Shown here: positions 29,961 through 40,426 of the stretch, in pieces
Layout: every line of letters starts with the position of its first letter
Numbering within the stretch: the first letter of the stretch is position 1
Virus record (IMG/VR): IMGVR_UViG_3300046665_000361
Location: 29,011 to 93,010 of that record
Direction: 5' to 3' (one strand)
DNA: 64,000 bases
DNA from: a virus
Translations under genes and position numbers: made by a program
Notes under the pieces: generated by a model
Told to the model about the DNA's origin: nothing
The model's database searches: none
Seen by the model: only the letters and a program-made list of their open reading frames with translations

Positions 29961-32087
29961 ATGACCGCTGAAAACCCTTTTCTGTGGGAACGTGACGAAT
30001 ACGGACGAGACATCGATATCCGTAAAGGTTACATCCAGCAGACTGCTAAATACATTTCGACCAACACAGGTAAGCCATTTGAGGAGTGCGTGAAGTTTGT
30101 ACTCGGTAAAATGAAAGCCAACCCTGAGTTGTTCAAAGACCCGCGTATGCTGCAACTTGTCAAGAAACGTCCTGGCGAGCGGGTAAAGGATGAGACTACA
30201 TTCCTGGGCTATATCGAGGAGATTCGTACCTCTGGCCGGATTGTCTCCCCATCGCTGGTGATTTACGAACGTCCCGAAGTCCTGAAGTCCGTTACTGCCG
30301 AGTGGCAGGAAGATAACATTGCCGCTCGTAAGAAGTCTAAACGAGCCATGCTCGACTTCCAGCAGATCGGCGAGGCTTTGAAAGCTACACTGGCTGACTA
30401 CGACCAGAACGCCCGTAAGATCCGAATCAACTCGGTATCGGGTATGCGCGGTTTTGAAGGTAACCCCCTCTTCTTGGCCACCGGTCACTCGAGCCTTACC
30501 TCTCTGTGCCGCGCTGCTGCCGGGTACGGTAACGCTACTGTAGAACGGTTCCTGATGGGGTCGAGGCATTACCACACTCCAGAGATTGCCAAAGCTAACC
30601 TCATGGCAATGCTGACCATCGAAGACAGCGCCAAGATCGCCAAGATCATGGACAAGTACCAGTTGATCTATCCGTCAGTAAATGACGTGATGGAGATGGT
30701 GCATCGGTCTAGCTCTCTGTACTGGAAGGTGCCTGCTGAGTCAGCACAGATCCTGAACACCGTCAAAGGGTTTACCCCCTTAGAACGGGCAGTAGTTTGC
30801 TATTCCGGCGACATGTTTCACTTGGCTAAGCTAAACCCGCTAGTCATCAAGAAACTGTTTAATGACCTGATGGCGGTAGATACCTCAGACTGTCCAGAGG
30901 TAGACACCTCTGAGTATCTGAAGAACTTCGGTGCTACAGAAATTGCGTATGTAAACTGCTTGTCGGCAGACATCATGCGTGGTACAACGCACAAGAAAGT
31001 GGTGGTAGAGGACCAGAGCGGTTGGGCTCAGATTGGTAAGACCGCATTCAAAGTCCGCAAGGGCCTGAACGATTGGTCAGACTTCATCTCAGCACTATTT
31101 GCCCCAACTCACTTGCCGCCTACCGTTGCCAACCTGAAAGCTATTCAGCGCAGGGCGTGCCTGGCAGCAGATACCGACTCTTCTATCTTTACTTGCGAGT
31201 ACTGGGTCGAATGGTTCACCGGCAGCCTCAAACGCAGCCCAGAGGCCGACAAGGTCTGGTATCTGACTACCTACATGGCGTGTCAGTGTATTGCGCACTC
31301 ATTGGCGATGCTGTCTGCAAACATCGGCGTTAGTAAGTCGATGTTGTTTGACCTTGCCATGAAGAACGAATACAGCTTCCCGGTATTTGCACTGACCAAC
31401 TTGGCTAAGCATTACTTCGCCAGTAAATCGGTTCAGGAAGGTAACGTCTATCCTGAGAACAAGCATGAGATCAAAGGTGTTGAGTTGCGGGGGTCTACTG
31501 CGACTAAGAAGGTACTCGACGCTACTGAGGAGATGATGCTCTACATCCTCAATGCAGCCGAGAATGGTGAGAAGATCTCAGCCTACGACTTGATGAAGGT
31601 CGTTGCACAATTCGAGATCGAGACTATCCAGTCCATCAAGAAGGGCGAGTACACTTATCTTCGTTCAGCGCAGATCAAGCCCGATAGTAACAAGATGCCG
31701 TACTACGAGTTGTGGCAAGATGTATTTGCCCCTAAATACGGCGACAGTATCGAACCACCTATTCCGTGCGTCAAGGTAACCACTGAGCTGACCAACAAAA
31801 CGCTGATGCGTGAGTGGCTCATGAACATGGAAGATAAGGCTCTGGCAGAGCGTATGGCAGCATGGCTCGATAAGTACAACCGTAAGGACCTGAAGACTAT
31901 CTATCTCCCACGAGAAGCAATCAAAGGTCATGGTCTACCTATTGAGATTCAGGACGCTGCAAACGTTCGCAAGCTCGCCTACCAAATCAACTCCGGATTC
32001 TACCGAATCCTGGAATCAACCGGCCTCTACATTGTCGATCGTAATAACTATCGATTGGTGTATGACTTCTTGGGGATGACGGCATGA
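29961..32087 (+). CDS. Family B DNA polymerase, polymerase subunit (phiKZ gp50-like)
   Basis: Motif B-like QNARKIRINSVSG, motif C ADTDS, and KHY...EIKGV. No exonuclease motifs were seen, as expected for the split phiKZ-type enzyme. Confidence 0.88.
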   Translation: MTAENPFLWERDEYGRDIDIRKGYIQQTAKYISTNTGKPFEECVKFVLGKMKANPELFKDPRMLQLVKKRPGERVKDETTFLGYIEEIRTSGRIVSPSLVIYERPEVLKSVTAEWQEDNIAARKKSKRAMLDFQQIGEALKATLADYDQNARKIRINSVSGMRGFEGNPLFLATGHSSLTSLCRAAAGYGNATVERFLMGSRHYHTPEIAKANLMAMLTIEDSAKIAKIMDKYQLIYPSVNDVMEMVHRSSSLYWKVPAESAQILNTVKGFTPLERAVVCYSGDMFHLAKLNPLVIKKLFNDLMAVDTSDCPEVDTSEYLKNFGATEIAYVNCLSADIMRGTTHKKVVVEDQSGWAQIGKTAFKVRKGLNDWSDFISALFAPTHLPPTVANLKAIQRRACLAADTDSSIFTCEYWVEWFTGSLKRSPEADKVWYLTTYMACQCIAHSLAMLSANIGVSKSMLFDLAMKNEYSFPVFALTNLAKHYFASKSVQEGNVYPENKHEIKGVELRGSTATKKVLDATEEMMLYILNAAENGEKISAYDLMKVVAQFEIETIQSIKKGEYTYLRSAQIKPDSNKMPYYELWQDVFAPKYGDSIEPPIPCVKVTTELTNKTLMREWLMNMEDKALAERMAAWLDKYNRKDLKTIYLPREAIKGHGLPIEIQDAANVRKLAYQINSGFYRILESTGLYIVDRNNYRLVYDFLGMTA

Positions 32088-32437
32088 ATGGCAGACCTGC
32101 TAATGTCCAGTACTCTACGGACTATTTTAACAACTTCTTGTCGCCGCTAAAGCCGCAGTGCGAAGTCGTTAAGTATCGCGTGAGTTATAAATGCCTGAAT
32201 CCACCAGGCGCCTATTTGAACTCTGATGGGTTCTACGATCAGAATCCTGTCCGTCGTGTTCGTCCAAGGTTGATGGAAGCCCCAACGGGGTTCTATACGG
32301 TCTACGACGAAAGTAAGGTGGCCGCAGTTTTCGCCAGTTTGATGGCGGCAAATCCTTTCACTACGTTTAACCCTAACTTTTCGATACTGGCACCAGATGA
32401 CGTTAAGTCGAACCCGATGCCAAGGAACTTCCCATGA
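32084..32437 (+). CDS. Hypothetical protein
   Basis: ATGA overlap with the polymerase stop. Confidence 0.6.
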   Translation: MNGRPANVQYSTDYFNNFLSPLKPQCEVVKYRVSYKCLNPPGAYLNSDGFYDQNPVRRVRPRLMEAPTGFYTVYDESKVAAVFASLMAANPFTTFNPNFSILAPDDVKSNPMPRNFP

Positions 32438-32661
32438 CCAGCAATGTGATTGCAGTATGCGTAACCTACAGACTCTCGGGTGACGATAATCGACAACGCC
32501 AAGTTCGTTTCCCAGTACCGCTCGAAAAGACCGAGCACGAAGTACTTACCGAAGCTCTGCGCGACGTCCTTCACCTGGGACCAGTGTGGTTGGAACGTGT
32601 AGAGTTCATCTCGGATGTTGTTCCAGGGACCGACATTACTACCGCCACGATCGGAGACTAG
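32434..32661 (+). CDS. Hypothetical protein
   Basis: ATGA overlap; AAGGA SD. Confidence 0.55.
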   Translation: MTSNVIAVCVTYRLSGDDNRQRQVRFPVPLEKTEHEVLTEALRDVLHLGPVWLERVEFISDVVPGTDITTATIGD

Positions 32662-32662
32662 C

Positions 32663-33106
32663 ATGACTGATAAACGAACATACATCGATGTAACGTACAT
32701 CGATGCTAAAAAGCATGAATTCAAACTACGTTACCTGGCTGCGGTGCTTTCACCAACCGATACTCGCGAAGCCAGGCTAGAAACGTACGATGAAGTAATG
32801 GTCAGGGTCAACGCAGACATTCGTAGCTCATCCTGGATGAGCACCATCACGGGGATGTCTTCTGGAATTTGTCCCCTGAACTTCTATTCTGAAGAAATGG
32901 AAGAATACGTGTGCTATCGAGCGCATGTGGTGTTTGAAACCAAACCAGACTTCTTTTTCAAGAATGGTCCCACTGAGTTCCTCGGCGATAAGGATGAGTC
33001 GCTCGGTAGCCTTCTGGCACGAGTAGCTGATGCCATTAAAGACAAACCTACAGCTGTAGAACTGATCACATCCAGAGTTCGCGTCTTAGCCAAGATCCCG
33101 AGCTAG
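32663..33106 (+). CDS. Hypothetical protein
   Basis: ORF 32615..33106; ATG 32663 lies behind GGAG. Confidence 0.65.
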   Translation: MTDKRTYIDVTYIDAKKHEFKLRYLAAVLSPTDTREARLETYDEVMVRVNADIRSSSWMSTITGMSSGICPLNFYSEEMEEYVCYRAHVVFETKPDFFFKNGPTEFLGDKDESLGSLLARVADAIKDKPTAVELITSRVRVLAKIPS

Positions 33107-33114
33107 CCAATGCG

Positions 33115-33155
33115 GCATACAGGCAGGCGGTCACCCGCCTGCCTGTACTTTATGC
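33115..33155. terminator. Bidirectional hairpin flanked by GCATA/TATGC
   Basis: GCATACAGGCAGGCGG-TCAC-CCGCCTGCCTGTACTTTATGC between convergent genes. Confidence 0.7.
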
Positions 33156-34232
33156 TGCGGGTAGAGCTTGTGTGACCATCCGATCAAATCGCTCTGTCAA
33201 AAACACACTCTCGGCAGTGGTGAGGCCTGACGACAGAAGTTTGCTCTCCTTGATCTCAATCATAGTCCGTTTGACGTGGATGATCTCACTGACCAGCTTA
33301 TCGTACCCGGTGATCTTGCCGAACTGGAGCACGACCGCCATCGGATCGACCTTCTGAGAGATCAATGCCCAGATGACCTGAGAAGTAGGTGTCATACTCG
33401 ACAACGACACGCTGTTCAGATAGCTACTCCCGTAGACGACCGGTATGCTGTCCAAGATCTGTCCTGAAGTAAGACGAGGAATGGATACCTTATCGTAAAC
33501 TTCATTGACAATATCATCAGCGTGTTTGTTAGTCGGTGTCTGAGCGAACGGGAGATTGGTTTTGACCTCCACTGGTTTACGGATACCTAACCGTACCATG
33601 AGCTTATTGAAGATCACCACATTCAGGTGGCTACGCATCATGTTTGGCAATACGATTGTGGTCAGGTAGTTCTCCATCAACTTACCTGGGTTGGCCGTCT
33701 GCCACATCTTCCACTGACCTGCCAGCAAGGGGATGTCAATAGAGATGATAGCGAGGTCATGGCCAGTCATGGTGACCGAGTTCTTTACAGCAGGTTCAAA
33801 CACCGTCATGTCGGTAACGGGGTGTGTCACCACCTCCACAGGCGCCAATGTCTGCCAGCCGGACCACAGGTCCATTGGAGAGTGCTTTGGGTTCCTGGTA
33901 TAGATGATGATCTCCGGACATTCTGGATAGAACAATCCTTCGGTAAACATCCCGCCTGCATTATAGCTGGTGGTAATCCCAAGACTCGAGCAGATTGACC
34001 TAGCTGCTACATCGACATCCCTCATGTAACTGAAGAGATCGCCGGTGAACTTAACAGTCAGGCTGCTCAGGATCTTCATCAACAGATGGGCACTGTCGAG
34101 ACGTCCTGGTGCTTGGCGTCTGGTGTCTACGTACTTCTGGAAGTTCTCATCAACCCTTCCAGTAAGATACGCCATTCGAGCGTATTGAAACGGTGACTTG
34201 CTGAAACTGGTCGGGTTGAGGATATCGTACAT
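33150..34232 (-). CDS. Conserved protein (phiKZ gp52 position)
   Basis: 360-aa minus-strand ORF divergent from chmA; synteny. Confidence 0.6.
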   Translation of the reverse strand: MYDILNPTSFSKSPFQYARMAYLTGRVDENFQKYVDTRRQAPGRLDSAHLLMKILSSLTVKFTGDLFSYMRDVDVAARSICSSLGITTSYNAGGMFTEGLFYPECPEIIIYTRNPKHSPMDLWSGWQTLAPVEVVTHPVTDMTVFEPAVKNSVTMTGHDLAIISIDIPLLAGQWKMWQTANPGKLMENYLTTIVLPNMMRSHLNVVIFNKLMVRLGIRKPVEVKTNLPFAQTPTNKHADDIVNEVYDKVSIPRLTSGQILDSIPVVYGSSYLNSVSLSSMTPTSQVIWALISQKVDPMAVVLQFGKITGYDKLVSEIIHVKRTMIEIKESKLLSSGLTTAESVFLTERFDRMVTQALPAA

Positions 34233-34441
34233 GCGGTAGAGTCCTTCGATAATTCGTAAAAAGTTACACAGTGTATACTACTATATGTAGATACTACACG
34301 GGGCCGTGCGGTCTCGGCTAAGGTCTATAATGCATCTGTTCGCTGATCTTCCCATTTCATTAGTGAAATGAAAGAAAATAGGGCGATACATTATCGTTGT
34401 GCATATGCATGACGCAATGTAGTTGTAGGTAGTGGAAAAGA

Positions 34442-34467
34442 TTACACTGACACATTACCTGCTTGAA
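34442..34467 (+). promoter_or_regulatory. Putative early promoter for chmA (second copy at 34378-34403)
   Basis: TTACACTGACACATTACCTGCTTGAA. Confidence 0.6.
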
Positions 34468-34694
34468 CCCTAAGCAAGGAGATGGACCTTGATCCGTAAA
34501 ACTTAACCGCAGCACCGTCTATAATGACCGATGTGAGTGTGTCTCGGTCACCCACCACCCACATACCCGGTGGTACGCTGGGAAGTTCAAGCCCTAAGTC
34601 CACGACGGTGGGCGATACCGGAAGTCCTGACTGCGATAAGGACAAAAGTACAAACATTATTCGCATCTTTGTGCAGCACAATTAGGAGTAGTAG

Positions 34695-36740
34695 ATGAGT
34701 AACAATGACGACGATTTCGTAACGAACGACGCTCCTGGCGACAGTTCGTCCTCGCAGCGCGATGACTCTCGCCGTGAAGAACGTACTCGCGAGTCCCGTG
34801 ATTCCCGCGACGAGCGCGATAACGATCGCGATCGCGATGAACGTTCCAGCCGCCGTAGCCGCGATGATCGCGACGAAGACGACAAAGACGGTCCTCGTAA
34901 ATTCACCATTGCTGACCTCGGCCGTTCCGTATCCGTGCGCCCCACCGCCGGTGGTCTGTCTGACGCTGCACTGCAAGCGCTACAAACCCAGTTCGACAAG
35001 AACAAGGCGTTCGACAAGCCTTCCGTTCCGGATGCGATCAAGCGTAACAAGTTCCAACTGATCCCATTCGATGGTTCCCTGGCCCGTTCCAGCCTGTCGT
35101 CGCTGTTGATGACCCTCCCGGTCGTCGTCGCCGACAAACAACTGATCCTGGTCTACATCCTGACTGTCGACAGCATCGACGGCCCGATGACTCGTCAGCA
35201 AACCGACCGTGGTGACACGTTCGATGCGATCATCCTGCCGCAAGACCAGCTGGCCACCAAGTACTACAAGGACGCTGTTCGCGAACAAGTCCAAGGCGTA
35301 CTGAAGGGCGCCAAGCCGGTCATCATCGGTAGTCAGACCATCCTGGCTTCCACGCTGTCCAACATCCGCTCCGATGACACCAACCCGACGGTCGAGAAGA
35401 TCTTCGACAACGCGATCGACGCCCTGTGCGGCTATCGTGAAAACGTCATCGACAAGCAAGCCGGTACTCGTGATGCAACCCATCGCCTGAACCCGAAGAT
35501 GATGGCTCGTGGTTCCCGTCTGGAAGCTACCTGGGCAACCGACGGCCGTCCAGGCGTCGACAGCTCTGGTCTGCCGATCCGTTCCGACGTCTGCGCAACG
35601 CTGTACTACAGCGAATCCAGCCGTGATGATGATGAGCGTTACGACCGTACTCCGATTGGCGAACTCCGCGCCGGTCTGGACCTGGTGTACACCGGCCGTA
35701 CTCGCAGTGACAAAGATGGTGGCTTCAACAGCCGTCGCCGTCGCGACAACGATGATGCTGATCCGTTCTTCCAACCGGTACTGAACATCACCTCCCTGGT
35801 GTCGTTCCTGCCGTTCTCCCTGGAAAACGCTCAGCTGCTGATCGCACAGATCGCGCCGCAGACCAACGAATACCGTTGGGCTACTCCGCTGCGCCCTCGT
35901 GCTGCAATCGCCAGTACCGTTGGCAGTACCATGCCGACCATCAGCCACATCGAGAATCTGATGCTCCTGCATCCGACCGATCCGTGCGTGGCTGACGACA
36001 TCACGGCCAACATGCCTGACGAAGAACTCGCGGACTACCTCGAGATGACCGTCAAGGAAACCCTGGCGATCGGTATGACGATTCCGTCGACCAGCGAACG
36101 GGCATGGGTACTGTCGATCTTCGAGAAGATCGCCACATCCGAAAGTCGTGATGAGCAGGACCGTCTGATCAAGACGCTGTACGACAGCGCCGACGTGTTG
36201 ACCGGCAATCGTTTCCGCCGCGCTCTGCGCGACATCGCTGGTAACGTCGACGTAGTTCCGGTGAAAACCACTGGTACTCGTCAGTTCATCGGCACCTGGG
36301 TCGACGACAAAGGCAACGTACGTTCGTTGAGCGAATGGAACACTCTGGCAATGCTGACCGCCCTGGGCGAACGCGGCATCGACAAAGTGCGCGACTTCCA
36401 GTACACGTTCATCGACGATCGTCGCAGCCTGGAATGGAACCTGGCCGAGCGCTACCGCCTGATGCTGCCAACCGTGCCGGGTATCCACCTGGTCGATACT
36501 GCCGAGATGCTGGTACTGAACCCCGACTACGTCGAGGCTCTGTCGGTAGCTCTGGAAGAATCGGGCATGGCGTCGCAGCAAACCATGCAGGACGGTATCT
36601 CGCAACGTCGCGACACCGGCAACACTCGCTACGGCGACTTCGCGACCAAAGATATCGGTCGTGAGCGCAGCCGTGGTCGTGACCGCGATCGTCGCGGTGG
36701 CCGTGGTGGCAGCGTGTTCGACCGCGATCTCGAGTACTGA
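34695..36740 (+). CDS. chmA: Chimallin, the phage nuclear shell protein
   Basis: 681 aa with highly biased codons, immediately upstream of the nvRNAP beta' gene. Contains GLPIRSD, FQPVLNIT and G.W.D..G..R.L segments; both termini look disordered. Confidence 0.85.
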   Translation: MSNNDDDFVTNDAPGDSSSSQRDDSRREERTRESRDSRDERDNDRDRDERSSRRSRDDRDEDDKDGPRKFTIADLGRSVSVRPTAGGLSDAALQALQTQFDKNKAFDKPSVPDAIKRNKFQLIPFDGSLARSSLSSLLMTLPVVVADKQLILVYILTVDSIDGPMTRQQTDRGDTFDAIILPQDQLATKYYKDAVREQVQGVLKGAKPVIIGSQTILASTLSNIRSDDTNPTVEKIFDNAIDALCGYRENVIDKQAGTRDATHRLNPKMMARGSRLEATWATDGRPGVDSSGLPIRSDVCATLYYSESSRDDDERYDRTPIGELRAGLDLVYTGRTRSDKDGGFNSRRRRDNDDADPFFQPVLNITSLVSFLPFSLENAQLLIAQIAPQTNEYRWATPLRPRAAIASTVGSTMPTISHIENLMLLHPTDPCVADDITANMPDEELADYLEMTVKETLAIGMTIPSTSERAWVLSIFEKIATSESRDEQDRLIKTLYDSADVLTGNRFRRALRDIAGNVDVVPVKTTGTRQFIGTWVDDKGNVRSLSEWNTLAMLTALGERGIDKVRDFQYTFIDDRRSLEWNLAERYRLMLPTVPGIHLVDTAEMLVLNPDYVEALSVALEESGMASQQTMQDGISQRRDTGNTRYGDFATKDIGRERSRGRDRDRRGGRGGSVFDRDLEY

Positions 36741-36765
36741 GTTCGATGGTGAGTTAAATTGAGTG

Positions 36766-36804
36766 GAGGCGGGGTAATTCCCGCCTCTTCTTTCTTTTTT
36801 CTTT
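36766..36804 (+). terminator. Intrinsic terminator
   Basis: GAGGCGGG-GTAATT-CCCGCCTC followed by a T-rich tract. Confidence 0.75.
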
Positions 36805-36819
36805 ATCTTCGGAGGACGT

Positions 36820-38319
36820 ATGAGCGACTATGAGTTAATCACGTACGATATCCACGAACCAAGACCACGGTACAAGGGTCGTAAGGGTATCTATCCGATT
36901 ATCGAGGACTACGATCTGTTGTTCAAGCATCTGGATGTTAAACCAGTGCTGGCCAACGATATCGATCTGGAGACTCCTCAAGGTAAAGCCCGGTTCAATG
37001 AACTGGTCTTCTCCAGACACTCGGGTGACGTGTTCTCGAACGTACCGGCCTGTATCTGTCGAAAGACAACTGGCGGTAGTCGAGTCAAGGAAATCTGTGT
37101 CCATTGCGGCTTTGCAGTATTGCCGATCACCGAACAACCGATCGAGCCGATTGTCTGGGTGAAAGCCCCGGATGGTATTCCGGCATTCATGAATCTTACG
37201 GTCTATCGTGTACTGCGCTTGCGGTTCATGAAGTCTGGGTTCAGTACGATCGACTATTTACTCGACCCGAAGTATCAGCCTCCCAAGACTGATAGCAAGG
37301 AAGAGGCAATCGTCAAATTCCTGGTGCCAACGCGCGGGATGACCTACTTTCATGATAACTTCGATGAGATCATGGAGAAGCTGTCTGCGTCGAGACACTT
37401 CCTCACGGCTGCGAAAGGAGCCAGTACAAAACGCTTCCTAGATATCCACCGGCACATCGTCTTCTGTCAGTACCTTCCCTTCCCGTCCAAGATCGGCTTC
37501 ATCATCGAAGACGTCGGGGAAACTCAGTACGTAGATCCAAAGATGGCCCCGGCGTTGTCCGCACTGATCAACTTGGCTAACGTAACGTCTGCCAAGAAAA
37601 TCAGCCGGATGAACCTTGAAGTTCGTGTAGCACGCTCGCACTTGAAACTGCTGCAATACTACTCGAGCACCGAGAAAACCAAGATCTTCGATAAGAAGGG
37701 CGTTCTCCGGAAGTTGGCTTATGGGATGAGTCCTCACTTTACGTTCCGTACGGTGATTACCTCTAACCACAAACCACATGACCACGAGACCTTGGAACTG
37801 CCTTGGGGTGCGTCGGTACTGACGTTCAAGTTACACATTGCCGCTAAGCTTCGGGCAATGAAGAAGTTCACGCCAAACGAGATCCTCTCGCTGATCTACG
37901 ACAACACGTTGCGGACTCACTCGACTATCGAGAAGATCTTTGACGAGCTGATTGCAGAATCACCGGGTGGTCGTGGAATCCCGTGCACCTTTACTCGGTT
38001 CCCATCGCTGAAGCGTGGCTCCACCCAGTTCTTCTACATCTCCCACATCAAGCGTGATCCAACCCAGCTGTCTACCTCGATCAGTGTTCTGACGCTCAAA
38101 GCGCCCAACGCCGACTTCGACGGCGACTACATGTCTGGCCAGCTGGCCCTGGATAACGTTACTGCACGAGCTTTGTCACGAATGGCCCCGTATACCGGGT
38201 TCATGGACTTCAAAGCAGCATTCCGTGTTAGTGACCACGCAGCAATCCCTGCTCCGGTTCTGTCGACGATTAATAACCGTCTGGCCGAAGGGGATGCACT
38301 GTCTGTACCAATGGGGTAA
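36820..38319 (+). CDS. Non-virion RNAP beta' N-terminal catalytic subunit (phiKZ gp55-like)
   Basis: Zinc finger CIC...CVHC, RFPSL, and the catalytic NADFDGD motif. Confidence 0.92.
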   Translation: MSDYELITYDIHEPRPRYKGRKGIYPIIEDYDLLFKHLDVKPVLANDIDLETPQGKARFNELVFSRHSGDVFSNVPACICRKTTGGSRVKEICVHCGFAVLPITEQPIEPIVWVKAPDGIPAFMNLTVYRVLRLRFMKSGFSTIDYLLDPKYQPPKTDSKEEAIVKFLVPTRGMTYFHDNFDEIMEKLSASRHFLTAAKGASTKRFLDIHRHIVFCQYLPFPSKIGFIIEDVGETQYVDPKMAPALSALINLANVTSAKKISRMNLEVRVARSHLKLLQYYSSTEKTKIFDKKGVLRKLAYGMSPHFTFRTVITSNHKPHDHETLELPWGASVLTFKLHIAAKLRAMKKFTPNEILSLIYDNTLRTHSTIEKIFDELIAESPGGRGIPCTFTRFPSLKRGSTQFFYISHIKRDPTQLSTSISVLTLKAPNADFDGDYMSGQLALDNVTARALSRMAPYTGFMDFKAAFRVSDHAAIPAPVLSTINNRLAEGDALSVPMG

Positions 38320-38325
38320 TTAACA

Positions 38326-38946
38326 ATGGCGTATCTGATGGATACGGATGATCGCGATGTCATCCATGCTGCTACCCACGGCATGCTGTCGCGTAACGAT
38401 CTGAACTTCCTACGTGAACGCATGGGTCGTGTAATGAGCCGAGCAGGTGCCGGGGCTTCCGAGTATCTGACAAAGGCAAGTGAGCGGCTGAGCAACTTCA
38501 ATCTCGGGAAATTACGTGACAAGGTTGATGCATTCCGGGACAGGTTCGATACATCCTGGAAAGAAGATCGCATCGTCGAAATGATGGATATTGGCCAAAT
38601 GCAACAAGCCAAGCCAACAATGCGACGATATGTCATGGCTGATCCTCGGATTCAGCGACTCTTCGAATCTGGCCGTACCGACGGGTATGGTAAGTTGTAT
38701 ACAGCTGAAGAGCCAGGCTGCTACGGTCGAGACAACCAAGCCTATCGTGAGTACATGAACGGTGCCCACGACGAAGTGGATGGGGAAGATCGCTGGACTA
38801 CATACCTGGAAATCAGGGATGAGGATGGTGATGAGCCCCTGAAGTTTGAGGAGAAGGTTGCTATTCGCAACTCGATTGAAAACATCCATGCTGAGTTTGA
38901 CCGGGGTAAGCAAGATCCCCTGAGTCCCGTGAAGAAAACGCTGTAA
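38326..38946 (+). CDS. Conserved protein (phiKZ gp59/Imp3 position, tentative)
   Basis: MRRYVMADP...GY motif and C-terminal DPLSP; identity by synteny only. Confidence 0.5.
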   Translation: MAYLMDTDDRDVIHAATHGMLSRNDLNFLRERMGRVMSRAGAGASEYLTKASERLSNFNLGKLRDKVDAFRDRFDTSWKEDRIVEMMDIGQMQQAKPTMRRYVMADPRIQRLFESGRTDGYGKLYTAEEPGCYGRDNQAYREYMNGAHDEVDGEDRWTTYLEIRDEDGDEPLKFEEKVAIRNSIENIHAEFDRGKQDPLSPVKKTL

Positions 38947-38988
38947 CCCACACTCACTGATAGAGGCGCGAGCCTCTATCAGTGTTTT

Positions 38989-39258
38989 ATGAATCCATTA
39001 GGAGATAAGTTAGCTATGACCCGTAGTGCCACACCTATCAAACCAGAAGAAGTGGAAGCTTGGGTAGCCGAGCAAGTCAAACGTTATACCTACCCTACAC
39101 CACAAAATGAACAAACCCCGGAACGATTGGCAACCATCCGCGTCAAGATCACCAACGATTACTTCCGTAGTGCCCCTGTAGGGCTCGTCATGATTCAATC
39201 GATCATCGATCGACTGTTGGTATGGCCAGCAACAGAACAGCGCTCCGCGAGTGCCTGA
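38989..39258 (+). CDS. Hypothetical protein
   Basis: Small ORF between two hairpins. The start may be the second ATG behind AGGAG. Confidence 0.55.
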   Translation: MNPLGDKLAMTRSATPIKPEEVEAWVAEQVKRYTYPTPQNEQTPERLATIRVKITNDYFRSAPVGLVMIQSIIDRLLVWPATEQRSASA

Positions 39259-39261
39259 ATA

Positions 39262-39303
39262 GATGCCCGGTTAACGCCGGGCGTCACCCACTTTCTTTTT
39301 TTT
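39262..39303 (+). terminator. Intrinsic terminator
   Basis: GATGCCCGG-TTAACG-CCGGGCGTC followed by a T tract. Confidence 0.65.
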
Positions 39304-39341
39304 GTTAATATCATGTCAGCCACTCACTTCATGGTACGCTT

Positions 39342-39767
39342 ATGTCGGTCGATGTCATTACACTAGGTCCAGAAGGTAAGCTCAGCGACATCAACGCCAA
39401 GATCGACTACTTGATGTGCTGTTTCTTCTTTTCAAAGGCTAGCCAAAGCACTTTGTTTTACGGGAGTATTTCATCTCTCCCTAAGATCATTCAAGAAGCC
39501 GGATCTGATGAGATCAGGGTGCGAGAGGACCTCCAGACAGGCCTCCAGAAATACCTGGGTATCTATTTTACTCGGGCTACGGTCGATGTTCAGATTGACC
39601 CTGATGTATATCCCAGTATTAGTTTACAACTGAACCTAATAGTAAGCGACGCAGCCAGTATCGATACGGGTGGAGTGAGTGTTGGTTATTCACTACTCGT
39701 AAACGATTCTAAGCTGAAGTCGATCCTGAACATTACAGCAAGCTCCTACATCTACGGGGCTGCTTGA
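39342..39767 (+). CDS. Conserved hypothetical protein
   Basis: 141-aa ORF containing FFFS..SQS. Confidence 0.65.
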   Translation: MSVDVITLGPEGKLSDINAKIDYLMCCFFFSKASQSTLFYGSISSLPKIIQEAGSDEIRVREDLQTGLQKYLGIYFTRATVDVQIDPDVYPSISLQLNLIVSDAASIDTGGVSVGYSLLVNDSKLKSILNITASSYIYGAA

Positions 39768-39791
39768 TTCGCCACCGCCAAGGAAATATCA

Positions 39792-40379
39792 ATGACCTCC
39801 ACTGATACCGCTGCTCCTGCCCTGCCTGAAACCGCTGCTAACGTGTCTGACGATCAACTGGACACTGTTGCACCTGCCGTTACTGACACCACAGCTGACG
39901 CGCCGCAGGAAGAGCTCCGCATCATCCACATGCCGGAGACTCCTGAACATCTGCGTCTGTTCATCATCAGTACCGTAAACCAGATGCTCCAGGACCCGCG
40001 CAATGCTTCCGTGTTCGCAGCGATTGCCGTCAACGGCATGGCCGCTTCCCTGAAGAACGACCAGCAACGCCTGGAACGCGACATGCTGCGCCCGGTTCTG
40101 GTCAAGCAGTACTTCCCTAACTCCATTCGCGCCACTGTCTCGACGCCTGTGACCGAGGAAGAGCACAGCCAGCAACTGACCGTGGTCCTAGAAACTCTGT
40201 CCGCCACTGGCAACTGGGAGCCTCTCAACGCTGTCCAGCAGAAGCAGGACATCCTGATCCGTCTGGTCCTGACTCGCGTTACTGCGCCGGGCGAAGTCTG
40301 GTTCATTACCACCAGCCGCGATATCGAAGAACTGGCTAGCCAGGGCGCCGACATTCTGGCCGCCGCCAACGGCATGTAA
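39792..40379 (+). CDS. Hypothetical protein
   Basis: AAGGA SD and biased codons. Confidence 0.7.
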   Translation: MTSTDTAAPALPETAANVSDDQLDTVAPAVTDTTADAPQEELRIIHMPETPEHLRLFIISTVNQMLQDPRNASVFAAIAVNGMAASLKNDQQRLERDMLRPVLVKQYFPNSIRATVSTPVTEEEHSQQLTVVLETLSATGNWEPLNAVQQKQDILIRLVLTRVTAPGEVWFITTSRDIEELASQGADILAAANGM

Positions 40380-40426
40380 GGCTTTTCGACACGGGAGAGG
40401 GCAACCTCTCCCACTGGAGAACGTTT

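Noticed and set aside
34233-34694. tRNA or known riboswitch in the intergenic gaps
   Set aside because: No cloverleaf or T-loop consensus could be recognised by eye. A tRNAscan or Rfam search would be needed to exclude them fully.
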